NCBI GenBank assembly: GCA_900128585.1
Contig: LT642184.1
Coordinates: forward strand, 1 to 39,244
Direction: 5' to 3'
Source of the DNA: Stramenopiles sp. TOSAG23-3
Taxonomy: Eukaryota
Length of the DNA: 39,244 nucleotides
The position numbers were made by a program, and so were the translations under genes. The notes below the pieces were generated by a model. That model was not told the origin of the DNA. It made no database searches and was given only the letters and a program-made list of their open reading frames with translations. This document shows, piece by piece, positions 1 through 9,207 of this stretch (position 1 is the first letter of the stretch; each line of letters begins with the position of its first letter).

Positions 1-2
1 GA

Positions 3-70
<68 letters not shown>

Positions 71-147
71 AAAGAAAGAGTCGAAAAAAAGAAAGAAAGA
101 AAGAAAGAAAGAAAGAGTCGAAAGAAAGAAAGAAAGAGTCGAAAGAG
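1..147 (+). repeat. (GAAA)n microsatellite with GAGTCG interruptions
   Basis: Directly visible tandem GAAA units from base 1, with several GAAAGAGTCGAAA variants. Confidence 0.95.
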
Positions 148-595
148 AATTTTAATTATTTATATATATGTATTAGTATTCTTTCCAGTCTTCCTATAAT
201 GGACAAGTAAAGGTAGGTTATTAGGTTTTAAAGGGATCATAATGTGTATTTACAAAATCCTCTTCTTTTAAATATCTAAAATAATAGGAATTTATTAGTC
301 TTTCTAAGTAAAAATGATTGTATCCTTTCTTCCCTTCCTTCTCCACTATTATATTATATACGTAGGTCTATACTATACCAGTAGTAATAAAATTCAATTC
401 CTATTCCATTCCATTTCAATTCTATTTCTATTAGAATTAACGTTCAGATTCGCCCTAACCCTAACCATAACCGCAGTTTAATTTAAAGTTTTTTTTTAGT
501 TTTAATATGATAGAAGGACATAGCATTAGGGGATGTTGGGTATTTTAAATAATATAATATATATAGTTAATATTGTAAATATACACATAGCATTA

Positions 596-742
596 GGGGA
601 TGTAGCTCAGATGGTAGAGCGCCCGCTTTGCATGTAAGTTTAAGAAGAAACAAGGACACGCACGCTGAGGACAATATCTAACATGAACACATTAATCAAT
701 ATTCCAGGCGGGAGGCATGGGGATCGATGCCCCACTTCTCCA
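596..742 (+). tRNA. trnA-UGC: tRNA-Ala(UGC), interrupted by a 74-nt intron (634-707); exons 596-633 and 708-742
   Basis: Joined exons give a 73-nt cloverleaf: GGGGATG TA GCTC AGATGGTA GAGC G CCCGC TT TGC AT | GCGGG AGGCA TGGGG ATCGATG CCCCA CTTCTCC A. Anticodon TGC is at 629-631. It has the G3:U70 alanine identity pair (598:739), the eukaryotic Ala-type T-loop ATCG and discriminator A73. One U6:U67 mismatch. Confidence 0.93.
634..707 (+). other. Intron within the tRNA-Ala gene with spliceosomal (U2-type) signals
   Basis: Starts GTAAGT (634-639), has branch-point-like CTAAC (678-682) and ends TTCCAG (702-707). Removal restores the anticodon arm exactly. Confidence 0.8.
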
Positions 743-749
743 TTTTTTT
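743..749 (+). terminator. RNA polymerase III terminator (T7)
   Basis: Run of seven T immediately after the tRNA discriminator base. Confidence 0.8.
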
Positions 750-964
750 ATTTTCTTATGCTATTTCTATTCTATCTTTTATTTTATATATTTTTTTTTA
801 TTTTCTTATGCTATTTCTATTCTATCTTTTATTTTCTTGTGCTACATTTCTATTCTATCTTTTATTTTCTTGTGCTATTTCTATTCTATCTTTTATTTTC
901 TTGTGCTACATTTCTATTCTATCTTTTATTTTCTTGTGCTACTGTATTTCTATTCTATCTTTTT
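750..964 (+). repeat. Minisatellite, about six copies of a ~31-37 bp unit
   Basis: Unit ATTTTCTT(A/G)TGCTA(CA)TTTCTATTCTATCTTTT starts near 750, 800, 831, 864, 895 and 928. Confidence 0.9.
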
Positions 965-1024
965 CTAGGAATGATTCCTTCCTTCTTTTTCAAAATTCAC
1001 TAGCTGTACATAGCAACTAGTAGT

Positions 1025-1064
1025 CAGAGTTTCAGAGTTTCAGAGTTTCAGAGTTTCAGAGTTT
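1025..1064 (+). repeat. (CAGAGTTT)5 tandem repeat
   Basis: Five perfect 8-bp units read directly. Confidence 0.95.
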
Positions 1065-1652
1065 CTTGTGAAAATTAAGAAGAAGGAGAATGTGTCTGTC
1101 TTTAAGAGACGTTATAGGAATATATTAATATATACGCACCATTGTATAATATATGTAGTGTTTTGAGTATACAAATATACCCCCTATGAATAATCTGTTT
1201 TCTTCTTCTCTTTTTTTTCTTCTTCTTTCTTTTTTTTCTTCTTCTTTCTTCTTTCTTCTCTTTTTTTTTTTTTCTTCTTCTTCTTCTTTCTTTTTTTCGC
1301 GCAATAATTTTTTTATTATAATAAATATTTATTATACTATACTGCTGTACTAAAAAAAAATAATAATATAATAATTAGTATGGCAGTACAGCAGTAAAGC
1401 AGCCAACGTGTACGTTCGCAGTACGGTAGGAATTATAGAGTGTTGTACCAGGTAATAATAATACAGTGGTGTAACAACAAAAAATAATAATAATCTAAAA
1501 AAAATATAACCCAACTATACTAAGAGTTGGAAACCACATCATTAATTCTTTCTTTAACAACATCTTCTTCAAGACGCGCAATATACGCAAGGCCAAGAAC
1601 CGGAAGGAGGAGAAGAAGAAACGGCGTTCTCGTAATCCCCCCATCCCGAATT

Positions 1653-2846
1653 ATGCCGCTCTCCGAACCGTACTCGTGGAAACAGTGGCGCGGCCGCGCA
1701 ATTCAGAAAGATAGGCGGGAAACGTCAAGGCGCAAAGAAAGCTTTCGGAAGTTTGGTCACGTGAAACGGGGCCCTCATGCGTACACATTTTCAGGCGAAC
1801 GCATGTACCACGAGACGGGGGAACGGTATTGCGGGGAGCTTCACGCACGGGACGGTCGTTTGCCGAACCCCCACGGGAAAGGGACCATGTACAACCGGAA
1901 CGGGGTGAACGTTTACATTGGAGAATACCGCCAGGCGGAAAAGTACGGGCAAGGGACGGTCTTTTACTCGAACGGGAGCCCGCACTACGAGGGTTACTTT
2001 GAGTTTGACCAGATATTAGAGGGATTGATATACCGAAAGAGCGGGGAGGTAGAGTACAAAGGGACGATCGAGAACGGGGTTCCCCACGGGGAGGGAACGT
2101 TCTATTTCCCGGGAGGCCGCAGCCTGTTTTCTGGAGAGTTCGACCAGGGATTTTTCAATGGGAAGGGGACAGAGAGGGTCCAGTGCGGGCGGATGGACCG
2201 GGTCATAGAGGGGGTGTGGAAAGATGGAAAGATGGTTGAGGCGTTAGGGGAGAAACTCATCCGGCGAAACCATGACGATTGGATCAATGTAGACGGCCCG
2301 GCCCCGTCGAACAATGCCTGGTGGCCCGAGGACCCGGCAGAGTGTGCGTTACGAATCCAGCTGGAATTCAGGCGTTACTTTTCCCGGCGCATGGACAACT
2401 TGGTTTTCATTCAGTACTTTTGGCGGCAGTACGTCGTTCGAAAAGAGCGCCAGCGAGCTTTGGCGAGGAAAAAGAAGCTAAAAGCGCTGAAACAGGTCCT
2501 TCTTCCAGCGGAAGCCATGAACAAGATGGAGAAGAAGGCCACGACGGGGGAACTTATCAGCTCAAACATGGCCCTTGCCGATTTAATGTCAGCAGGAAAT
2601 GAGGAAGAACCAGATGCAATGGAGGACGAAGATGCACCAGTTGCAGTGGAGGACGAAGTTAAACCGGGTGCAATCGAGGACGAAGATGAACCGAGTGCAA
2701 TCGAGGACGAAGAAGTACTGGGTGCTGTCGAGGACGAAGAAGTACCGGGTGCTGTTGAAGACGAAGACGAACCCGTCGCAGCAGTTGACGAGGAAGAGGA
2801 ACCCATTGCATCGTCCTCGTCTACGAACAGTACGTATGTGCCGTAG
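1653..2846 (+). CDS. MORN-repeat protein with IQ-like motifs and an acidic repetitive tail
   Basis: Repeated Y-x-G-x-F/W...HG-x-G MORN units (e.g. YKGTIENGVPHGEGTFYF, FSGEFDQGFFNGKG) and IQ-like ALRIQLEFRRY and FIQYFWRQY. First in-frame ATG is 1653; the ORF track start at 1527 is TTG. Confidence 0.85.
   Translation: MPLSEPYSWKQWRGRAIQKDRRETSRRKESFRKFGHVKRGPHAYTFSGERMYHETGERYCGELHARDGRLPNPHGKGTMYNRNGVNVYIGEYRQAEKYGQGTVFYSNGSPHYEGYFEFDQILEGLIYRKSGEVEYKGTIENGVPHGEGTFYFPGGRSLFSGEFDQGFFNGKGTERVQCGRMDRVIEGVWKDGKMVEALGEKLIRRNHDDWINVDGPAPSNNAWWPEDPAECALRIQLEFRRYFSRRMDNLVFIQYFWRQYVVRKERQRALARKKKLKALKQVLLPAEAMNKMEKKATTGELISSNMALADLMSAGNEEEPDAMEDEDAPVAVEDEVKPGAIEDEDEPSAIEDEEVLGAVEDEEVPGAVEDEDEPVAAVDEEEEPIASSSSTNSTYVP
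2616..2807 (+). repeat. Coding 27-bp tandem repeat (~7 copies, A-[IVM]-E-D-E-[DE]-x-P-x)
   Basis: Units such as GCAATCGAGGACGAAGATGAACCGAGT begin at 2616, 2643, 2670, 2697, 2724, 2751 and 2781. Confidence 0.9.
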
Positions 2847-3369
2847 TCTTTATTTAGTTCGATCATCAGCCGTTACTACTTTTCGGGTTTTGGTACATTA
2901 TTACCGAACAGCTAAACAGCACCGACAATAAAAACACAAGGGGGCGGCGGTGGGGGGGGGTGGGGCATCGTCCTATTGTACTTTGCACGATTAGTGCACA
3001 GTACAATATTTAAGTAGCATACCACAGTGTACACCAAAAACCAAATGAAAAAAATATTATTATTATTATTATTATAAAAAAAAAAATTCAAAATAAAAAA
3101 AAAAAGGGGGTTCCCACAACAACAGGACAACAGCTAGCACCACCATTTTTAATTAATATTATTATTGTTGATGATGATGGTGGTGGGGGCAGCGGTAAGA
3201 ATTCAATTAATCATCTCAATCAACAGAACAAGACCACGACAAGAAGATGCAATCAACAAAATTCCTTCCATCCCTGGACGAAGAGGGGGGCGCACCATTC
3301 CATTGCAGCGAGTGAGTAGCACACGATCGAAAGAGAAACGGCATTGCTTACACACACAGTAGAACAAAA

Positions 3370-4035
3370 ATGGCCCCGCAAGGATCCACGGTCGGCGCCA
3401 GTGTTGCGCGGCGGCGCAGGTCAAGGAGTCGGGGTTCCCGTGCTTCGGGAAGCAGTGGTGCCAAGGAAAGGAACATTTACAAAACACCAAGACCTAGACG
3501 GGCGCGGGAAAAGAAGAAGCCCGCGCCACAATCGCGTACCGACGATCCTTTGAACCCGAAAGTACTAAGGCGGTGCTGCGCGAAGGTGTACGCTGCGGTG
3601 TACAATTTTTTTACCTTTCTTGTGATTTTGGTAGTCGGCCGAGAAACGTTTGACTTGTCCTCTGTGAAGAACGAGTTCGAACTCGTCATTAAGGCTTCCA
3701 AGGAGCTGGAATTTTTGCTGGCAAAGCTGATAGACACTGAACCCGACGGGCCAGCGCGCAACGAGAAGCTGCCGACCGGCCTGCACGGAAAATTAAACAT
3801 GGTGCCCCCCGCAAAGCTGAGGGCCAGGCTCGTCCGAGACGTGCGATGGATTGCGACGATGCGGAACAAGCTGGTCCACGAGTACGACTTTAATGAGTTG
3901 ACGGACGGGGAGCGGACCATGGTCCGAGAAAAGTACGAATCGTCCAGGAAGTACCTGGTCGATCTGGTGGAGAAGAGGCTCAGCGCGATCGATCAGGGGA
4001 ATGCGGACGGTGTGTCCACATGCAACATTTGCTGA
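3370..4035 (+). CDS. HEPN/DUF4145-like protein with basic N-terminus, hydrophobic segment and CaaX-like end
   Basis: The helical C-terminal region contains GLHGKL and RWIATMRNKLVHE (R-x4-H HEPN signature, 3862-3879). It ends CNIC-stop. Confidence 0.65.
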   Translation: MAPQGSTVGASVARRRRSRSRGSRASGSSGAKERNIYKTPRPRRAREKKKPAPQSRTDDPLNPKVLRRCCAKVYAAVYNFFTFLVILVVGRETFDLSSVKNEFELVIKASKELEFLLAKLIDTEPDGPARNEKLPTGLHGKLNMVPPAKLRARLVRDVRWIATMRNKLVHEYDFNELTDGERTMVREKYESSRKYLVDLVEKRLSAIDQGNADGVSTCNIC

Positions 4036-4274
4036 AGGAAATAGTAACATATGCCTGTCTGGAAACATGTTTAAAAAGAAATTAATCTAAACAAAGTTAT
4101 ATTTAGACGACCTTTAGATAGACTCACTGTGTAAGCTCGTTCGTAGAGTTTAGAAGCATTTTCGTATTCGTACGGCACATATACCTCTGTTGTTATCGTA
4201 AAATACTGCACGCACCGGGTGTACACGGACAAAACAAAAACGCTCGCTGCTCCCAAGACAGACCTCTCCACTCT

Positions 4275-7200
4275 CTAACATTTCCACGCTTTTCGTACGG
4301 ACTTGACAGTTTCCGGTTTCAGCCCGGCGCTGGCAAGGTGGGCAAAGATGGATTTCACCATCTGCTTCTCGTCGTCCCCCAAGAACATACGGGTCGTGTC
4401 GAACCGGGGCACTTTGCTGAAATACTTCAGAAACGACAGCGCCTTCTCCGCCTTGTTCGGGATAAAGTGGCTGGCAAGAGCCTTTATCGTGGTGCTCAAG
4501 ATCTCCTCCGTGATGGACGTTTTCAAGATCGTCTTCAAGGACTTGGGCTTGATCAGCAGCAGGTACTCGGAAAATTTGGCCAAGTCAAACTGGAGCTCTT
4601 TGCGCACGCGCTCGAACTCTATGAACGACTTGGGGGGATTCGTCGGGACCATAAACTTGCCGACGAGCTTCTGGGCCGCCTTTTCGGCCAACTGGTTTGC
4701 CTGCTCCATCCGCTTTATCCGGGACATCGTGTCGGGGTTCTGGGGCGGCGCAAGGAGCTTCTGGAGGAGCTTCTGCTCTGTCAGCGCACTCGCGTTCGCC
4801 GGCTCGATCGCTATGATGGCCTTGACGTCCGCCGTTGCCGCCTCGTACTTTCCGAGGCCCTTGTTCCCTAGCGACCGGCGGTAGAGAAGCTTGACCTGCG
4901 TCGGGCGGTTCTTCGCCCCGGCCTCCTTCGCTTCGCCGTTCTGCTTCTCCACGGTGGCCAGGCCCTTGGTGCAGTCTTCCACTGCTCCGGAAAAGTCCTT
5001 CAGCTTCAGCTTGCTGATGGCGCGATTGGAAATGGCCGGCAAGCACTCCGCGTCGACGCGGAGCGCCATGCTGTAGGAGACCACCGCGTCGTGGAACTTG
5101 CCCGCTTTGAAGTGCGCATTGCCCTCGTCCTTGTAGTTCAGGGCAGACTTGGACGCGTCGAGCTTTGGGAGCGCCTTCTTCGCCGCCGTTGCTTTCTCCG
5201 CCGCGGCCTTCGCCTTCGCTTTCGCGGCCCGCTCCTTCTCGGCCTTCTCCTTCTCGGCCTTCTCCTTCTCGGCCTTGGCGCGCGCCTTCGCTACGGCCTT
5301 CTCTTTCTTCTTCGCGGCGCGATCCTCCTCCTCCGCCTTCTTGGCGGCAAACTTCTCCTTTCGCTTCTTCTCTGCCGCTGCGGCCTTCGCGCGCTTCTTC
5401 TCTGCCTTCTCAGAGGCCTCCTTCCGCTTCTTCTCCGCCACCTCCTCCGCGGACGGGGCCGGGGCCTCCTGGATTTTCACCAAGAGCCTTGAAATTGCCT
5501 TCGACACGATCTCCCGGGAGGGGTCAATTTTCATGACCGTGCACATGTCGTCCAGGGCCCCTTGAAACGCTCCGGTCTCCTCGCGGGCCGCCCCCCGCCG
5601 GAGCAGCGCCTTGATGTTCTCCGGCGCAACGTCGAGCACCATCGTGCAGTCGCGCACCACGTCCTGGTGCTTCCCCATTCGCATGTTCACCAGGGCACGG
5701 TTGTTCAGACACTTCGCCGTCTCTTCGTGCCCGCTCGGGAACAGATCAATGGCCCGTGAGAACATGCGGTAGGCGTCGTCCAGGTCCCCGCGCTTGAACG
5801 CGGTCCCGCCCGCCGCTTTCGCTTCTAGGCCCGCCTTTTCGCGCTCCTCTGAGGACAGGCTCGAGTCCTTCGACGTGGGGGATTTCAGGTGAACGTAGCC
5901 GTCGCTGGCGACGGACTTTGGCGACGCAGACGACGAGGTCGTGGACTTCTTCTCCTCCTCCTCGTCCTCGTCCTCGTCCTCATCCTCGTCTGTCTCAACG
6001 ATCTGAATTCTGGTCGAAGCCTGCTTCTTACGGGCCCCGTCGCGGTAGTAGCCGAGCCCCTCCGACCCCGCCTTGAAGACGAACCCAGGCTTTCGGCCCG
6101 CAAAAGACGCTGCTTGGACAAAGTCGAGCGAGGCATCGAACGGCTCGGTGCCCTCGTCCTCCTCGTCCTCCTCCTCGTCCTCCACCTCTTCGATCGAAAT
6201 GCGGGACATTTTCTTCCTTGCCGACGCCCCCGATGCGCTCGGGGCGTTCTTCCCACCAGTAACGATCCCGCCGACCTCCTCGTGCATTTTCTGCGAGCTG
6301 GCCTTGAGCTTCTTCAGCTCCTTGTTCTCCGGCTCGCGCTCCAGCGCGGCGGAAAAGTCCTGGACGGCCTCATAGTACTTTCCGCGCTTGTGCCGCGCCA
6401 TCCCCCGCCGGGACAGGGCCTTCACGTACGCGCCGTCGATCTCCAGCGCCTTCGTGCAGTCGTTCTCCGCCTGCTCGTACTTTTTCAAGCGCAAGCACGT
6501 CATCGCACGGTTCGCATACACTATGTGGTTCGCGCTGTCGAAGAACAGGCTCCTCGAGTAGTACATGAACGCTTCGTCGAACTCCTTCGAGCGAAAGCAC
6601 TCGTTGCCCTTCTGCTTCTCCTTCTCCGCCACGACAGTGCGCTTCGTCGTGCTCATGGCCTCGAGCATGTCGGAACGCAGCCCTAGCTTCTTCAGATCGC
6701 GCTCCATCCGCTCTTTCCGCTCCTTCTCCGCGATCTTGGCCTTCTTCGCGCGATCGCGTCGTTTCTGCTCCTCCGCCTTCTCCGCCTCGTCGAGCTTGTC
6801 CATTTCCCCGTCGACGTCGAACTTGTCCCATTCCTTGAAGTAGTCGTAGCTGTACCGCAGCTTCTTCTGCTCCGCCCGGCGCTTTCGGGTCTCCTCGTCC
6901 ATCTCCTCGTCGTCGTCGCTGTCGGACGCCGGCGCTGGCGCCTCGGCCGCGGTAGCACCCCCTGCCCCGACCTGGTTGCGGGGCGGGGGGATGTGGGACG
7001 CGCTTTTCGGGATAATGACGGCCCTGTCCTCGTCGTCCTCGTCCCCGAATATGTTCTCGCCCGCGTAGACACTCTCCGCTTCCTTTCGCTCGGACTTCAT
7101 TTCCTGGCGGACTTCGTCACCGTTCCCGCGGAGCGCCTTGTCCGTGTTTCCGATCGACTCTGCCCAGTCGGACAAGTCCAGCGCGGCCTCGGCCTTCTCC

Positions 7201-7466
7201 TCCTGGGACGGCTCCGTCGTCCGCGCGAGCCACAGCTTCCGCTCCTTCGGGGCCATAAACTTTAGCATTCGCTCCTCCGTGTACTTTTCAAGGTCAAAGT
7301 AGCGGCCTTCTTTCCCACTTGTAAGCACGGTGTAGATGTCGAGAAGCTCCTTCGCATCCTCGCATTTTCCGACGTACTCGTAGTCCATCTTTTCAACGTC
7401 TACCTGGGGCAGGTCAGCCCACCGGTCTTTGGCTTTCTCGCCCTCTGCGCGCGGAGGCTGCGACAT
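4275..7466 (-). CDS. SPAG1: SPAG1/RPAP3-like TPR co-chaperone (dynein arm assembly / R2TP-type)
   Basis: SPAG1-like N-terminus (MDYEYVGKCED..LTSGKEGRYFDL), three carboxylate-clamp TPR clusters (KQKGNECF, KAAGGTAFK, KDEGNAHFK) and a C-terminal RPAP3_C-like domain (PPKSFIEFERVRKEL...VPRFD..MFL). Confidence 0.85.
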   Translation of the reverse strand: MSQPPRAEGEKAKDRWADLPQVDVEKMDYEYVGKCEDAKELLDIYTVLTSGKEGRYFDLEKYTEERMLKFMAPKERKLWLARTTEPSQEEKAEAALDLSDWAESIGNTDKALRGNGDEVRQEMKSERKEAESVYAGENIFGDEDDEDRAVIIPKSASHIPPPRNQVGAGGATAAEAPAPASDSDDDEEMDEETRKRRAEQKKLRYSYDYFKEWDKFDVDGEMDKLDEAEKAEEQKRRDRAKKAKIAEKERKERMERDLKKLGLRSDMLEAMSTTKRTVVAEKEKQKGNECFRSKEFDEAFMYYSRSLFFDSANHIVYANRAMTCLRLKKYEQAENDCTKALEIDGAYVKALSRRGMARHKRGKYYEAVQDFSAALEREPENKELKKLKASSQKMHEEVGGIVTGGKNAPSASGASARKKMSRISIEEVEDEEEDEEDEGTEPFDASLDFVQAASFAGRKPGFVFKAGSEGLGYYRDGARKKQASTRIQIVETDEDEDEDEDEEEEKKSTTSSSASPKSVASDGYVHLKSPTSKDSSLSSEEREKAGLEAKAAGGTAFKRGDLDDAYRMFSRAIDLFPSGHEETAKCLNNRALVNMRMGKHQDVVRDCTMVLDVAPENIKALLRRGAAREETGAFQGALDDMCTVMKIDPSREIVSKAISRLLVKIQEAPAPSAEEVAEKKRKEASEKAEKKRAKAAAAEKKRKEKFAAKKAEEEDRAAKKKEKAVAKARAKAEKEKAEKEKAEKERAAKAKAKAAAEKATAAKKALPKLDASKSALNYKDEGNAHFKAGKFHDAVVSYSMALRVDAECLPAISNRAISKLKLKDFSGAVEDCTKGLATVEKQNGEAKEAGAKNRPTQVKLLYRRSLGNKGLGKYEAATADVKAIIAIEPANASALTEQKLLQKLLAPPQNPDTMSRIKRMEQANQLAEKAAQKLVGKFMVPTNPPKSFIEFERVRKELQFDLAKFSEYLLLIKPKSLKTILKTSITEEILSTTIKALASHFIPNKAEKALSFLKYFSKVPRFDTTRMFLGDDEKQMVKSIFAHLASAGLKPETVKSVRKAWKC

Positions 7467-8964
7467 GGTAGATTGTCAGTTATTCAGGTAGCTGTATTTA
7501 AAAGAAGAAAGCAAACGTTCTCCTGATTGGTAAGACAACACAAAATCGTTCCTTGAATTTTACTGTATAGTTTTGACCTGTTCAGTGCATGTAATAGTTG
7601 GAAGGAATCTTTTTGAATCATTGTTTTAATCCTTTCTTAACTTAGTTTGTTCACATCAAATAATAATCGATAATAAACTAAAAAACTATATATAATAATA
7701 GATGAATGTGATGAATAATAATAATAAATAATCAAATCAAATCAAAAAAGAAAGAAAAAAGAATATCAATCTTTATGCTATGTGTATTTAAATTATAATA
7801 ATAATTAATAAATAAATAATAATCTCCTCCAACTAACTAGACGACTATAATGTACACTACGGGTAGGGAATGAAGAAGATGAAAGAAATTGAATGAGAGA
7901 GAAGAAGATGGTTGGTAAAGAAATAACATCATCATAGCATCATCATTTCCAAAAAGTTATTAAAAAATAATAAATATAATAAAAAATAATAAATATTTAG
8001 ATGCTATGTCCTTCTATTTTGAAAAAACAACAACAAAAGAAGAAAGAAAGAAATGAACGAAGAAATGAACAAAATGAAAAAAGAAGAAGAAGAAAAAATG
8101 AAAATGAAAATGATGAAAAAAAGAAGAAGAGAAGAAGAAAAAAAGAAGAAGAAAGTTTTTCGAAAAGGCCTGCCAATTTTATATGGCTATATAAAGAATA
8201 CGATTGTATTATACAATGAAACATTATAATTAATATGAAATATATCATTCTAGAATGTACAATTGATTTATTAAATATATAATATATAGTGAGAAATACT
8301 GTTATGTATACTTATTGTTTATGAAGTATATAAATAAAACCTTGTTTTTCATTCGATGCCATCCTATACCTATGGTATATAGTAATATACAATTACACAG
8401 CATCAAATAAATTAAAAATGGAATGGACGGACGGACGGACGGAGAAGACAAAAAGTGATTTTTCTTCTTCAGGAAAATGCGTTAACAGATACACAGTAAC
8501 ACAGCATCAAGAACGAATTATTTTTATTTTTTTTCTTCTCCTTTCTTTCTTTTCTTTCTTCTTAAATATTTAATTACAGTATTAAATAACTAACACTTCC
8601 TTCATAATACAATATGAAATGAAAAGGAGGAGGTACCATAGGAGCAAACTAACTGTATTTTATTATTTCCCTTCTACTATTCTATTCTATTATTATTAGT
8701 ACTAGTCTATTATTGCGGGGTGGCGGCGGCGGGGAGGATGGATGATATAATAATATAATAATAATAAAATATTATTATTGTATATTGAATAAACAAAAAG
8801 AAGAAGAAGCATTGATGGATTAACTGAGCAATAAGTTTTACAATTTATGTACAATTGTTTAGGTTGTTTCGAAATGAGTGCATTGATCTTATTGTAAACT
8901 CAAACAAAAGACACGAGGAAGTCGTTTGTTCAAGAAGAAAACGGATTCGTACAAGACAACAAGG

Positions 8965-9207
8965 ATGGGATTTTTTACTGGTGCCGTGTGTGGGCTTGGC
9001 GTGCAACTATACTCGAACACTGTCCGCCGCCTTCCGCTGATGCGACACCCCTGGGAACACGTATTAGCTATGGGTATCGGGGGCTTCATTGCCACCAGAA
9101 TAGTGGCCGTAGAGGAAGACACGAGGGCGGATTTGAACACTATGTTGCTCGATTACAAAAAGTTTGGACTTCCGAAGTTTGCAAAGGCGAAGGAGAGCGA
9201 AGAGTAA
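8965..9207 (+). CDS. NDUFC2: Mitochondrial complex I accessory subunit B14.5b (NDUFC2-like, plant/protist type)
   Basis: MGFFTGAVCGLGVQLYSNTVRRLPLMRHPWEHVLAMGIGG matches the plant/algal B14.5b pattern GLG.Q.YSN..R.LP.MR.PWEH. 80 aa from ATG 8965. Confidence 0.85.
   Translation: MGFFTGAVCGLGVQLYSNTVRRLPLMRHPWEHVLAMGIGGFIATRIVAVEEDTRADLNTMLLDYKKFGLPKFAKAKESEE

Noticed and set aside
453-472. Telomere (CCCTAA repeats)
   Set aside because: Only two perfect units plus one degenerate unit, internal to the sequence; at most an interstitial remnant.
633-706. Canonical 37/38 TSEN-type tRNA intron register
   Set aside because: It gives an atypical G38 and no U32 anticodon-intron pair, whereas the register one base over gives GTAAGT...CAG. 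Disfavoured but not formally excluded.
750-964. CRISPR-like array of ~31-bp repeats
   Set aside because: Units are mostly head-to-tail without unique spacers, the context is eukaryotic and no cas genes are present.
683-1020. Three overlapping hydrophobic ORFs (683-1003, 717-968, 727-1020)
   Set aside because: They are translations of the tRNA 3' exon and the T-rich minisatellite, with no coding signal.
3586-3634. Possible intron in the HEPN-like gene (pyrimidine tract plus TAG at 3632-3634)
   Set aside because: No convincing donor in the matching phase; the ORF reads through and the stretch fits a hydrophobic helix.
4303-7265. Many long antisense and alternate-frame ORFs over SPAG1 (also over the lectin, TAF5 and PB1 genes)
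   Set aside because: Expected shadows of GC-rich codon usage, with no recognisable protein motifs.
7997-8248. Lys/Glu-rich or Phe-rich short ORFs in AT-rich spacers (also 10860-11138, 26315-26497, 29154-29378)
   Set aside because: Simple-sequence (GAA/TAT) translations.
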